A DNA stretch of 64,000 bases. Origin: Deinococcales bacterium. GTDB taxonomy: Bacteria > Deinococcota > Deinococci > Deinococcales > JAAFIG01. Positions 1-10,073 of the stretch are shown in pieces. Made by a program: the position numbers and the translations under genes. Under the pieces are notes generated by a model that ran no database searches, was not told where the DNA came from, and worked only from the letters and a program-made list of their open reading frames with translations. Every line of letters begins with the position of its first letter. The first letter of the stretch is position 1. Location of the stretch: contig JAYWGM010000015.1 in NCBI GenBank assembly GCA_043778225.1, forward strand, positions 32,001 through 96,000, given 5' to 3'.

Positions 1-78
1 AGGTTTACGGGGTACTCGAGACATAAACGGCATTGTCTCATGAATCGGTGAGAGGTTAAGCGTGTAAACTGGGAATAG

Positions 79-1170
79 ATGACAACGTTTCTAAAAAGCA
101 TTCAGATTGAGGGCTTTAAGTCTATCCGTTCGAGTACCCTCGAGTTACGACCTTTGAATGTGCTGATTGGGGCGAATGGGGCTGGGAAATCCAATTTTAT
201 TTCGTTTTTTAAGATGCTTAACCAAATTGCAAATGGCGAATTTGCATTCTGGGTTCAAAAATCAGGTGGAGCAAGCAGTTTGTTACACATGGGAACTAAA
301 GTTACAAGCAAAATTTCGGCTTTGCTGACGTACCAAATAGACGAGGCGGAGTTGAATTATCGTTTTGAGATTGACCATGTTCTTGCAGGTGATGGATTCA
401 TTTTTGAGGACGAGCATTCTTGGTATAAAACCCAAGAGCGACCATACATAATGGCTACTTCAACAGAATCGCGTTTGCTTAATGCTGCTCTGAGTAACGA
501 CCAAGCTGGATTACAAATTCGTAAGCTATTGCTCGAGAATCGTCCTTATCAATTCCATGATACTAGCGATACTGCGTATATGAAGCTAACAGGGACATTA
601 GATGATGATGTTTTTCTAAAGTCAGATGCTGGGAATCTGGCTGCGGTACTGTTTCGCTTGAAGAGTTTTCACCCAAAACATTACCAAAAGATTCTAAGAA
701 CAATCCAACTGAGCGCACCTTACTTTAAGGATTTTGTACTCGAGCCGAATGGACGAAATATTCGGCTTCGTTACCTCGAGTTTGGTTCGGAAACTGTTTA
801 TGGTGCGTATCAGCTTTCTGATGGAACATTGCGACTCATGGCACTTTTGACATTGCTTTTGCAACCATTAGAATCCTTACCAAGCACCATTTTAATAGAT
901 GAACCCGAACTTGGCTTACATCCTCATGCCCTCGAGACAGTGCTTTCAGTGATGAGAAGTGTTGGTGGTGAGAAACAAATTATTATTGCAACTCAATCTG
1001 TTTCGATTGTGGATCGGCTCGAGCCAGAGGATATTATTGTTGCCCAACGCCATGGTTCTGAAACTCAGTTTACTCGTCTTGATGCGACCAGACTTGAATC
1101 TTGGCTCGAGGAATACAGCCTTGGCGAACTCTGGGAGAAAAATGTTCTGGGTGGGAGACCATCTCGATGA
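79..1170 (+). CDS. ABC-type AAA ATPase (AAA_21/AAA_15-like)
   Basis: Walker A GANGAGKS, signature LSDGT, Walker B ILIDEPE, ATQS switch. Confidence 0.85.
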   Translation: MTTFLKSIQIEGFKSIRSSTLELRPLNVLIGANGAGKSNFISFFKMLNQIANGEFAFWVQKSGGASSLLHMGTKVTSKISALLTYQIDEAELNYRFEIDHVLAGDGFIFEDEHSWYKTQERPYIMATSTESRLLNAALSNDQAGLQIRKLLLENRPYQFHDTSDTAYMKLTGTLDDDVFLKSDAGNLAAVLFRLKSFHPKHYQKILRTIQLSAPYFKDFVLEPNGRNIRLRYLEFGSETVYGAYQLSDGTLRLMALLTLLLQPLESLPSTILIDEPELGLHPHALETVLSVMRSVGGEKQIIIATQSVSIVDRLEPEDIIVAQRHGSETQFTRLDATRLESWLEEYSLGELWEKNVLGGRPSR

Positions 1171-1865
1171 AACGCTTAAACATTTTGACGGAAGGTCAGA
1201 CTGAAGAAAAATTTGTCTGGGATTTACTTGCGCCGCATTTGGCAAACTTTGAAATCGTGGTCAATGCACGTTGCATCATTACTGGAAAAACACGTCCGTT
1301 TCAGGCAAATGGCAATCGTCAAAACAAACTTCACAAAGGCGGTCTGATAGATTTTCCGCAAGTGTCAAGAGACTTACAACGTTGGCGCAATGAAGATCCA
1401 CAAGCCACGCTGACCACAATGTTTGATTTATATGCCCTACCTGACGATTTTCCCTTGTACCAACAAAGTATAAACCAACCTCCTTCAGTAAGGGTTGAAT
1501 CACTTGAGCAAGCATTTTTAGACGAGCTTGGATTATCAAATTTCGTTCCGTATATTCAACTGCATGAATTTGAAGCCCTCTTATTTTCGGATATTCAAAC
1601 CCTTAATACCATCGTTGCTAGAGATTCAAAATACCCCGAGCAAACGTTGCGGCAACTACAAGAAATCAGTCAATCGTTTGAAAATCCAGAACTGATCAAT
1701 GACTCACCGATAACTGCTCCCTCAAAACGCCTCTACTCAATTTTTAGCGAAAAATATCAAAAGACTTCCGAAGGAAATGATGTGGCGATTCTAATCGGCT
1801 TAGAAAAAATCCGCGCCCAATGCCCACATTTTAATGCGTGGGTCACGAAGCTCGAGAATATCTAA
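1167..1865 (+). CDS. DUF4276-family (TOPRIM-like) protein
   Basis: Starts [14 protein letters not shown] with ATGA overlap on the ATPase stop; FDLY and HEFEALLF motifs. Confidence 0.75.
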   Translation: MKRLNILTEGQTEEKFVWDLLAPHLANFEIVVNARCIITGKTRPFQANGNRQNKLHKGGLIDFPQVSRDLQRWRNEDPQATLTTMFDLYALPDDFPLYQQSINQPPSVRVESLEQAFLDELGLSNFVPYIQLHEFEALLFSDIQTLNTIVARDSKYPEQTLRQLQEISQSFENPELINDSPITAPSKRLYSIFSEKYQKTSEGNDVAILIGLEKIRAQCPHFNAWVTKLENI

Positions 1866-2818
1866 GCCAATTCTTCAAATACCCCGAGTTTACGAAACCG
1901 CTCGGCTCGAGATTCCAGCAATGCCGTATGGCTCATCCCGTTCATCTGCTCGAGATGATTTAACAACGCTTTTTTAAGTTCTTCACTCGAGCCTACAGGG
2001 TCGTTATGCGCCCCGCCTTTGGGTTCTGGAATCACCTCGTCCACAATACTGAACTGCTCGAGGTCACGCGCTGTTAAACGCAGTGCCTCGGCTGCTTTCG
2101 AGGCTTCTTTGGCATCACGCCAAACAATTGCAGCACAAGATTCTGGACTAATCACACTGTAAACCGCATTCTCGAGAATTAACACGCGGTTGCCGACCGC
2201 AATTGCCAGCGCTCCGCCGCTACCGCCCTCGCCGATGATGACACTAATTACTGGCACGCGAAGCCGAGTCATTTTTTGGATACTTTGTGCAATCAACCAA
2301 GCCTGTCCGCGTTCCTCAGCCGCAATTCCGGGGTATGCCCCGGGGGTATCCACCAAGGTAATTAAAGGCAGCCCAAACTTATCTGCCATGTCCATCAAGC
2401 GCATGGCTTTACGAAACCCTTCTGGGTGCGCCATACCAAAATTCCGTGCAATGTTCTCCTTGGTATCGCGTCCTTTTTGCTGCCCAATCAGCACCACCGC
2501 CCGACCCTCGAGCCGCGCAAGTCCACCAACTATCGCAGAATCCTCGCCGTAAGCCCGATCTCCGTGCAATTCCTGAAAATCCGTGAAAATCCGCCCAATA
2601 AAATCCAATGCCGTCGGACGACCCGGTGCTCGAGCCAACTGCACCCGTTGCCAACGCGATAACTTCTCGTAAGTCTCCGAACGAAGCCGTTCAAGGCGCT
2701 TCTCGAGCAGCGCCAATTCCTCGCTCATGTCAACATTGCTGCTGCTGCCATATGCCTTTAACTCCTCAATTCGAGTCTCGAGGTCAACAATAGGTTTTTC
2801 AAATTCAAGTGCTGGCAT
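1862..2818 (-). CDS. accA: Acetyl-CoA carboxylase carboxyltransferase alpha
   Basis: [25 protein letters not shown] motifs. Confidence 0.97.
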   Translation of the reverse strand: MPALEFEKPIVDLETRIEELKAYGSSSNVDMSEELALLEKRLERLRSETYEKLSRWQRVQLARAPGRPTALDFIGRIFTDFQELHGDRAYGEDSAIVGGLARLEGRAVVLIGQQKGRDTKENIARNFGMAHPEGFRKAMRLMDMADKFGLPLITLVDTPGAYPGIAAEERGQAWLIAQSIQKMTRLRVPVISVIIGEGGSGGALAIAVGNRVLILENAVYSVISPESCAAIVWRDAKEASKAAEALRLTARDLEQFSIVDEVIPEPKGGAHNDPVGSSEELKKALLNHLEQMNGMSHTALLESRAERFRKLGVFEELA

Positions 2819-2827
2819 AAAAACTCC

Positions 2828-2990
2828 AAGGTGAAAGGGGAAAAAGGGAAAAAGGGAAGAAGGAATGTGGTCCTAAACTTTTAACCTTTCTTGACCCCAA
2901 AGATGCACCTGTCTTGAACCAATACACGCACCTCACGGGCAGGTTCGCTTGTGGGCTGGGTTGCTTTTGACCCTTTAACCCTTTCACCTT
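2828..2990. repeat. Composite intergenic element with 12-bp terminal inverted repeats and an internal 38-bp hairpin unit
   Basis: AAGGTGAAAGGG (2828-2839) and CCCTTTCACCTT (2979-2990); 2912-2949 matches 49342-49379 at 33/38. Confidence 0.7.
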
Positions 2991-3916
2991 CATTTCCTTC
3001 TCCCAAACAAACCCGTCCGAGGTGGTGGCGGGACTTTAATCTCGAGGGTTGAGACTTCTGGTTTTGGTTGGTTTCTCAGTGCAGCGATTAAATTGGCGAG
3101 GGTTTCACGGTGTTGCCTTCTGTCTACCACCATGTCAATAAAACCTTTTTTCTCATAGAATTCTGAGCGTTGAAAACCATCGGGTAAACTCTGACGAACG
3201 GTTTGTTCAATCACGCGCTGACCTGCAAATCCAATTAGAGCATCGGGTTCACCAATAATTACATCGCCGATGGCAGCAAAACTGGCTGCCACACCGCCCG
3301 TGGTTGGGTCGGCAAGCACCGTGATGTACGGCAGCCCTTTAACGCTCAGTTGCTCGAGGGCAAAAGTGGTTTTTGCCATTTGCATCAGGCTTAACGCACC
3401 TTCCATCATCCGAGCGCCACCCGAAGCCGTGACCAAAATCATGCTGCGGTCTTCCTTGGTCGCCAGTTCTATGGCTCTGGTAATTTCCTCGCCTTCGCTG
3501 CTGCCCATGCTGCCGCCAGCAAATTCAAAATCCATGACACAAATCACAATAGGCAAACCCGCCAAGCTGCCACGCCCAGCGTAAATTGCTGATTCACGAC
3601 CCGTTTTCTTACGCGCCCGCTCGAGTTTTGCGACATAAGTATCGGTATCCACAAATTCAAGTGGGTCTTTGGCTTTGATTTTTCCACTGGTGACTTGGAA
3701 CGTACCCGCATCCAGCAGCCCTTCAACGCGGCGCTTGACTGGAATTCGGTGATGGTAGCCACACTTTGGGCAAACCCGCAAATTCTGCTCGAGTTCTTTG
3801 TTGTAGACCTGAGCGTTGCACTTTGGACATTTACCCCACAAATCGGGCAAATCATCATTAACCGTATTTTCTTTTAGTTGCGGAGGTCGCCGCCGAAAAA
3901 AACGCTCGAGGGTCAT
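2990..3916 (-). CDS. accD: Acetyl-CoA carboxylase carboxyltransferase beta
   Basis: C4 zinc finger CPKC..CPKC, GGSMG, SGGARMMEG, PTTGGV. Confidence 0.97.
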   Translation of the reverse strand: MTLERFFRRRPPQLKENTVNDDLPDLWGKCPKCNAQVYNKELEQNLRVCPKCGYHHRIPVKRRVEGLLDAGTFQVTSGKIKAKDPLEFVDTDTYVAKLERARKKTGRESAIYAGRGSLAGLPIVICVMDFEFAGGSMGSSEGEEITRAIELATKEDRSMILVTASGGARMMEGALSLMQMAKTTFALEQLSVKGLPYITVLADPTTGGVAASFAAIGDVIIGEPDALIGFAGQRVIEQTVRQSLPDGFQRSEFYEKKGFIDMVVDRRQHRETLANLIAALRNQPKPEVSTLEIKVPPPPRTGLFGRRK

Positions 3917-4102
3917 AAGGTCACTCGGCTCGAGGGTACAAGAATCGCTTTCACAATTTTATTCTACAATCTAAACCACATGAGTTGCTTGGACTGTGTT
4001 CAAAAAGAATGGAATCGAGAGGTGGACAGCCAATTTCTGGCTCCGCAGATTTGATTTAAGGCTCAAGGTTAGTGTACGACACAAACAAGGTTTTCGTTCC
4101 CG

Positions 4103-4393
4103 TTAATGCACTCGAGTAACGAATACGTTTTCCATTCGAGCAATCAGTCGTGCTGGGTCGGGCTGCATGGTTTTTCGTTCAGGCGAATCAAAATAGGCTT
4201 GGTCGGCGCTTTCCCAGTTCTCACCTTCAAACGCCATCAGCCACACAAATTGATTGGTGCTGGGAATGGTGTACGCCTCGAGTACCTTAAAGCCCTGTTT
4301 TTCTCGCAATGGCACAAGTTGAGTCCGCCACTCTTCTGTCCATTCCGAAAGCGCACCTTTGTTAATTGTGTAAGTACGAAGTTGCAGTTTCAT
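4103..4393 (-). CDS. NIPSNAP-family protein
   Basis: QLRTYTI start, about 96 aa, overlaps the stop of the upstream gene. Confidence 0.7.
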   Translation of the reverse strand: MKLQLRTYTINKGALSEWTEEWRTQLVPLREKQGFKVLEAYTIPSTNQFVWLMAFEGENWESADQAYFDSPERKTMQPDPARLIARMENVFVTRVH

Positions 4394-5379
4394 TGATGTC
4401 CTGAAATACCATGAGGTTCGTAAGCCCGCTCGAGTTGCTGTATTTCCTCAGGGCTGAGTTTGAATTCCACAGCAGCCAGCGCATCCTCGAGATGCTGCAT
4501 TTTGCTCGCACCGATTATCGGCGCACTTACAAAAGGCTTTCCTAGCATCCAAGCCAGTGCAACCGTGGCAGCAGGGACTTCTCGAGCCAAAGCAAGGGCA
4601 TTTAGGTTCTCGATCACTGCCCAGTCACTCGAGTGGGTGTACAGCGCATCGCTAATCGAATCGGTTTCGGCGCGTTTGGTTAATTTCTGACCATCCTTGC
4701 TGCGGTTTCCAGCCAGCATTCCTCGAGCCAATGGACTCCAAGGAATTACGCCAACCCCCATATCCAAGCACTGCGGCATCATTTCGCGTTCTTCTTCGCG
4801 GTAAATCAGGTTGTAATGATTCTGCATCGAAATAAATTTGGTCAAGCCGTGCAATTGTGCTACACCTTGCGCTTTGGCAAATTGCCAAGCGTACATACTC
4901 GAAGCACCAAGATACCGCACTCGCCCTGAACGTACTAGGTCATGCAGTGCCTGCATGGTTTCTTCGATAGGCGTGTTGTTATCCCACCGATGAATTTGAT
5001 ACAAGTCTAAGTAATCCGTACCGAGGCGCTTTAAGCTGGCATCCACGGCTTCAAAAATGTGTTTCCTCGAGAGACCTTGCTGGTTTGGGGCAGATTCGCC
5101 AACACCAAAAAAGACTTTACTGGCAAGCACGTACTCTTCGCGTTTGGCAAATTTCTTGAGTAAAATCCCCGTGTATTCCTCCGAAGTCCCCCTCGAGTAG
5201 GCATTGGCGGTGTCAAAAAAATTGATTCCAGCCTCAAAAGCTCGACGCACAAACGGTTCGGAATCCGTTAGATTAAGCGCCCACGGACGGAACTGCGGGT
5301 CGCCGTAAGTCATCATGCCAAGACAGAGTTTTGAGACGCTAAGACCGGAATTTCCAAGGCGCGTATATTGCATAAGCAT
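4390..5379 (-). CDS. Aldo/keto reductase
   Basis: GINFFDTANAY, DYLDLYQIHRWD, PWSPLARG. Confidence 0.95.
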   Translation of the reverse strand: MLMQYTRLGNSGLSVSKLCLGMMTYGDPQFRPWALNLTDSEPFVRRAFEAGINFFDTANAYSRGTSEEYTGILLKKFAKREEYVLASKVFFGVGESAPNQQGLSRKHIFEAVDASLKRLGTDYLDLYQIHRWDNNTPIEETMQALHDLVRSGRVRYLGASSMYAWQFAKAQGVAQLHGLTKFISMQNHYNLIYREEEREMMPQCLDMGVGVIPWSPLARGMLAGNRSKDGQKLTKRAETDSISDALYTHSSDWAVIENLNALALAREVPAATVALAWMLGKPFVSAPIIGASKMQHLEDALAAVEFKLSPEEIQQLERAYEPHGISGHQ

Positions 5380-5442
5380 AGTTTAACGTTGCTCGAGTCA
5401 ATGCGCTCGTGGTCTGGGCTACCACCATATCTATTTACGGCT

Positions 5443-6039
5443 TTAGAGCGCAATATGCTCGAGAATACCAAAGATTTTTTCTGGATTTTGGATTGAGTAT
5501 TCTGCACTGTCCACGGTTGCGTTTTTTTGCTCAAGGGCTAAAAACCGCCATTGTATACCTGTCGTGACTACACCATAGATGCGTTCTCGAGGTTTGTTCT
5601 GTTCGATGTTAAATTGCTGTGCGGCAATCATCTCAGCGAGGCATTGCCCAAATCCACCAATAATGTTTTCGTTCTTGGCTTCCACCAAAACACATATTGG
5701 CGCTGTCAAAACCAATTGTTGTGGGTTACTCGAGAGGATGTAATCACAGCGTCCTTTTAAGCCCATGGCTTCGTTGACATTAAATTCTAAACCCGAGAAG
5801 ACACTGACTTTTTGGTGATGCAATAACTTAAATTCAGTTAGAAAGGGTGCAATCAAGAGTTCTGAACGGGCTTTTTCGGTATTTAGGTTCAGTGCCAATG
5901 GCAAGTACCTGTGCAGTAAATCCTCAAGGGTTTTGGGTAACTGAACAGGTATAACATTCTCGAATAAATCCTTATTTTCTTCGATGGTCACACCAAATTT
6001 TTGTTGAACTTCGAGTAACTTAAAATCAGAGTATGCCAT
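5443..6039 (-). CDS. PD-(D/E)XK restriction-endonuclease-like hypothetical protein
   Basis: G.CDY...VEAK...QCLAEM...YGVVTTG pattern; paralogue of 49087-49758. Confidence 0.65.
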   Translation of the reverse strand: MAYSDFKLLEVQQKFGVTIEENKDLFENVIPVQLPKTLEDLLHRYLPLALNLNTEKARSELLIAPFLTEFKLLHHQKVSVFSGLEFNVNEAMGLKGRCDYILSSNPQQLVLTAPICVLVEAKNENIIGGFGQCLAEMIAAQQFNIEQNKPRERIYGVVTTGIQWRFLALEQKNATVDSAEYSIQNPEKIFGILEHIAL

Positions 6040-6081
6040 GCGAGGACTATACGCGCTGATGCCATAACCCTTATGATAAAC

Positions 6082-6624
6082 CTATGAGTCTTGTACTTTC
6101 TCGAGCCAGTACAAACTAAGCACATTCGAGCCGTACACACGTTTCTCGAGCCTAAAACCAGTCACTTCGGGCAGTTTAATTTGAATTGGATGTTGTGAAA
6201 TTAGCACACCATCTGGCTCGAGTTTAGCCAATGCCAAGGTTTTAAGCGTGATTTTCTCGAGGTCAGCGGTGTATGGCGGGTCTATAAAAATAATGTCGTA
6301 ACTCGGTGCAGACTCAAGGAATTTTAGAGCATCGGCTTTGATAACTTTAGCTTCAACTTTTAATTCACGACGGTTCTTCTCGAGAATTTCGGTGGCTTTG
6401 GAGTCTTTCTCGACCATTGTCACCAGATATTCTCGAGAAGCCGCCTCGAGTCCAACCGCCCCAGACCCAGCACATAAATCCAACAGGCTCGAGCCAGACC
6501 CAAAATGAACTTCGAGCAAATCAAACAGGCTTTTGCGAACTCGAGCAGGAGTTGGACGGGCAGTCCTGGGAATGTTCAGAGAACGCCCTTTGGCACTGCC
6601 ACCTAGAATGCGAAGGTCTGGCAT
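6082..6624 (-). CDS. rsmD: RsmD-family rRNA methyltransferase
   Basis: LRILGG..KGR, LDLCAGSG, FIDPPY; start placed at MPDLR directly after the purA stop. Confidence 0.85.
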   Translation of the reverse strand: MPDLRILGGSAKGRSLNIPRTARPTPARVRKSLFDLLEVHFGSGSSLLDLCAGSGAVGLEAASREYLVTMVEKDSKATEILEKNRRELKVEAKVIKADALKFLESAPSYDIIFIDPPYTADLEKITLKTLALAKLEPDGVLISQHPIQIKLPEVTGFRLEKRVYGSNVLSLYWLEKVQDS

Positions 6625-6625
6625 T

Positions 6626-7840
6626 TTATATCCAACTGACTTGCCCAAAAGTTTCGGCTCGAGATTGCCCAGTTCCAAATATCACAACTTTACAACCGAC
6701 CAATTCTTCAATTCGGGCAATGTAATGCAGGACTGTCTTTGGTAGGTCTTCGCGGCGTTCAATGCCATCTAATCTTCCCCATCCGTCCATTTCCTCGAGT
6801 ATGGCATTGCCGTTTTCATCGTGTTCTATACCAAGTTTTACTTTGTCAAAACCACTTAAAAAATCGAGCTTGGTTAGGGCAATCCCATCAAAGCCGTTGA
6901 CTTCAACGGCGTATTTGACCAGTTTGGTGTCAAACCAACCCATGCGTCTCGGTCTGCCCGTGGTCGTGCCGTACTCTGCCCCAGGCGCATCGCGTTGTCC
7001 GCGTAGGCGATGCTCGAGTTCACCAAAAACCTCGGTTGGGAAAGGTCCATGTCCGACACGGCTGGTAAAGGCTTTGGCGACACCATAAACCTTGTTAATG
7101 TGCTTATGGTTCACGCCTGTCCCCACGAGGATTCCACCTACAGTGGGGTGGCTCGAGGTCACAAATGGGTATGTGCCGTAATTCAAATCGAGCAGTGTGG
7201 CTTGAGCGCCTTCAAAAAGTACATTCTGATTTTGATTGAGTGCATCGCGCAGCATCGAACCCGTGTCGGCAATAAATGGTGCAAGGATTTCTCGAGCTTG
7301 GAGCATATGCGGCAATGCGTCCTGAACAGTTTTCCAACCCACTTCGGCGGTGCTGTTGGGTTTGGCTTCGATTAAGCGCGTCAGTCGTTCGTGCAGCACT
7401 GCATCCGAAGCCAAATCGCCAGCCCGAATTCCAATCCGCCGAGCGCGGTCAGCATAGGCGGGTCCAATGCCACGTCCGGTTGTACCAACAAAGTCGTTCT
7501 TGCCATCTACGTGTTTATGGTGTGGCAGTACCAAATGGGCGCGGTCAGAAACGTAGACTTCGGGGTTTAAGCCATGGGTTTTAAGGTACGCCAGTTCTTC
7601 TTTGAACTTAAATGGGTCTATCACTAAGCCGTCGCCGAGAACAATTTTAACGCCCGGGCGCACTGCTCCAGCCGGAAAGAGATTCAACTTAAAAACCACA
7701 TCAGGCAGCACAATTGTATGCCCAGCATTTGCTCCGCCCGAGTAACGCACCACAAAATGCGCTTCTGGGGCAAGAAAATCCGTAACTTTACCTTTACCTT
7801 CATCGCCCCACTGAGCGCCAATAATTGCAATTCCAGGCAT
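6626..7840 (-). CDS. purA: Adenylosuccinate synthetase
   Basis: GAQWGDEGKGK, GGANAGHT, GTTTGRPRR. Confidence 0.97.
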   Translation of the reverse strand: MPGIAIIGAQWGDEGKGKVTDFLAPEAHFVVRYSGGANAGHTIVLPDVVFKLNLFPAGAVRPGVKIVLGDGLVIDPFKFKEELAYLKTHGLNPEVYVSDRAHLVLPHHKHVDGKNDFVGTTGRGIGPAYADRARRIGIRAGDLASDAVLHERLTRLIEAKPNSTAEVGWKTVQDALPHMLQAREILAPFIADTGSMLRDALNQNQNVLFEGAQATLLDLNYGTYPFVTSSHPTVGGILVGTGVNHKHINKVYGVAKAFTSRVGHGPFPTEVFGELEHRLRGQRDAPGAEYGTTTGRPRRMGWFDTKLVKYAVEVNGFDGIALTKLDFLSGFDKVKLGIEHDENGNAILEEMDGWGRLDGIERREDLPKTVLHYIARIEELVGCKVVIFGTGQSRAETFGQVSWI

Positions 7841-7958
7841 GAATATCTCCTAATTTCAATAAAAAAACGGCGCAAAGCACCGTAGTTAAGTGTAACCCGA
7901 TTTAGCTCGAGACTCCAAACTGGGCTACACTAACAATCAGTCCTTGGAGGGGGTATTT

Positions 7959-8321
7959 ATGCACTGGTACTTGGAAGGTTTCAGAAGATACTTTGATTTT
8001 ACAGGTCGCACTCGTCGTAGAGGATACTGGATTTTTAGTTTGTTTCACATAATTGTTACGGTACTTGTTATTTTTGCTGACGCATTTACGGGAACACTTA
8101 ACCCACAAACCGGATTAGGAATTATTGGATGGCTTTATACGCTTTTTTCATTCATTCCAGGTTTAGCCATCACAGCCAGAAGACTCCAAGACACGGGGAA
8201 AGCAGGTTGGTGGCTGCTACTTATTTTCGTGCCATTTATTGGCGCTATAGCAATTTTTGGATTTACACTTCAAGACAGTGAAGCTGGCGCTAATGACTTT
8301 GGACCCAATCCAAAAACTTGA
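7959..8321 (+). CDS. DUF805 (YhaH-like) membrane protein
   Basis: F.GR.RR..YW and RRLQDTGK.GW motifs; GGAGG RBS at 7946-7950. Confidence 0.85.
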   Translation: MHWYLEGFRRYFDFTGRTRRRGYWIFSLFHIIVTVLVIFADAFTGTLNPQTGLGIIGWLYTLFSFIPGLAITARRLQDTGKAGWWLLLIFVPFIGAIAIFGFTLQDSEAGANDFGPNPKT

Positions 8322-8345
8322 CTAACTCGAGTTTTATTGGGTCAC

Positions 8346-8549
8346 TCATACAAGAATAAGTTCTTTGGTTGGACTCAAGTCTTTATTAAGAATCATCAGT
8401 TTAGAATCCTCGTCCATGTTGCGTTCCACTGCAAAATACAGCGACAACGCCCGTTTAACAATTTCAGCTTTTGGTACACGGCGTTTCTGGGCAAGTTGCT
8501 CGAGACGTTCATTGAATTGCTTATCACCATCTATGGTAAATCTGGACAT
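8346..8549 (-). CDS. Small ribbon-helix-helix (CopG-like) protein
   Basis: RFTI..LEQLA....KAEIVKRAL; GAGGTG RBS upstream. Confidence 0.6.
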   Translation of the reverse strand: MSRFTIDGDKQFNERLEQLAQKRRVPKAEIVKRALSLYFAVERNMDEDSKLMILNKDLSPTKELILV

Positions 8550-8645
8550 GAATGCACCTCTTTCTACTGCAAATCTACTGCAAATTGATACATCCGTCAA
8601 ATTGAATGAATTTGTAGACTTGTCAAGTCGAGTAGACTAGAATTT

Positions 8646-9068
8646 ATGAATCCTGTTCAAAGTATGCAAAACGCGATCGCGGCTGGTTGGCAAAAAGTGC
8701 TTGATGGTTTGCTGGCACTTAATCCAGTTCCTGAACCACTGCGCCCTTTGATTGGCTCAAGGTACTTTTGGTTTCTGATTTGGGTAGCCATTTTCTCGAG
8801 CCTCGGGCGCAATTTACTGGGCGAACGCTTTGGGGCTTGGCTTGGAGCAATTCTAGGCGGCTTGGTTTGGGCTTCGTTTATGCCACGTCCTGAACTCGAG
8901 CTTGGTGGCTTGCTTTTGTTGCTGGTGGTTGCGCCATTATTGCTGGGTTGGTTCTCGAGAACACGACTCGGGCAGCGCACCAGAGGCGCAAAAAGCTGCC
9001 CAGACTGCTTTGAGGAAGTTAAGCATCAAGCCAAGGTTTGTAAGCACTGCGGGTATCGGTTTTCGTAA
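8646..9068 (+). CDS. Membrane protein with C-terminal zinc ribbon
   Basis: Hydrophobic helices followed by CPDC..CKHC. Confidence 0.7.
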   Translation: MNPVQSMQNAIAAGWQKVLDGLLALNPVPEPLRPLIGSRYFWFLIWVAIFSSLGRNLLGERFGAWLGAILGGLVWASFMPRPELELGGLLLLLVVAPLLLGWFSRTRLGQRTRGAKSCPDCFEEVKHQAKVCKHCGYRFS

Positions 9069-9097
9069 AGTGCCTTTGGATTGTCAAACCAAACGGT

Positions 9098-10006
9098 TCA
9101 GTCAGCAGCAAACAATTCGGTACTCAAATAGCGTGCGCCAGTATCGCAGGCAATCGTCACTATTCTTTTGCCAACCCCAAGTTCTTTTGCCAAAAGCACC
9201 GCACTGTAAATCATACCGCCACCACTCATGCCAACAAATAAGCCTTCCTCGCGGGCTAAACGCCGAGCAAACGGAAAAGCATCTTCCTCGAGAACCGTTA
9301 CGATACGATCTAAAATACTTCGGTCAAGGTTTTTGGGAATAAAGCCCGGACCCATGCCCTGAAAACCATGTTGTCCTCGAGTGCCGCCACTCAGGACATT
9401 GCTGCGCTGTGGTTCGACTGCCACGACTTCTATGCTCGAGTCTTGTTCTTTGAGGTATTTGCCAGTGCCACTGATTGTGCCACCCGTGCCAGTGCCGTAA
9501 ACAAACATATCCATGCGCCCCTGCATCTGCGCCCAAATTTCAGGTCCGGTTGTTTGGTAATGAATTCGTGGATTGGCAGGATTTTCAAACTGATTGGGCA
9601 TCCAAGCGTTCGGTAAACTCGAGACAATCCGCTCGGCTTCCTCGATGGCGGCGAGCATTCGCCGTTCTGGGTCGGTCAGCACAAGCTCCGCGCCATATGC
9701 CCGCAAGGTGCGTTTGCGTTCTTCGGACATTTGGGCTGGCAAAGTTAAAATTAGTTTGTAACCTCGAGCCGCCGCAATTTGTGCTAAGCCAATGCCGGTA
9801 TTGCCACTGGTTGGCTCGACAATTGTGCCACCCGGCTTTAATACGCCTCGTGCTTCGGCATCCAAAACCATACTTAAAGCGGTGCGGTCTTTGATGCTTC
9901 CGCCAGGGTTTTGCCCCTCGAGTTTGACCCAGACCTCGGCACTGTCTGGCTCGAGAACACGTTGTAACTGCAAAATCGGGGTATTGCCAATCAGCGAATC
10001 AATCAT
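9098..10006 (-). CDS. cysK: Cysteine synthase A
   Basis: NPGGSIKDR, EPTSGNTGIG, GTGTGGT. Confidence 0.93.
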   Translation of the reverse strand: MIDSLIGNTPILQLQRVLEPDSAEVWVKLEGQNPGGSIKDRTALSMVLDAEARGVLKPGGTIVEPTSGNTGIGLAQIAAARGYKLILTLPAQMSEERKRTLRAYGAELVLTDPERRMLAAIEEAERIVSSLPNAWMPNQFENPANPRIHYQTTGPEIWAQMQGRMDMFVYGTGTGGTISGTGKYLKEQDSSIEVVAVEPQRSNVLSGGTRGQHGFQGMGPGFIPKNLDRSILDRIVTVLEEDAFPFARRLAREEGLFVGMSGGGMIYSAVLLAKELGVGKRIVTIACDTGARYLSTELFAAD

Positions 10007-10073
10007 AGAATTAAGTTACCGCGTTTAGACCAACAAGGCAGTTCTATAGGCTACTTGCTGTTAAAATTATGGC

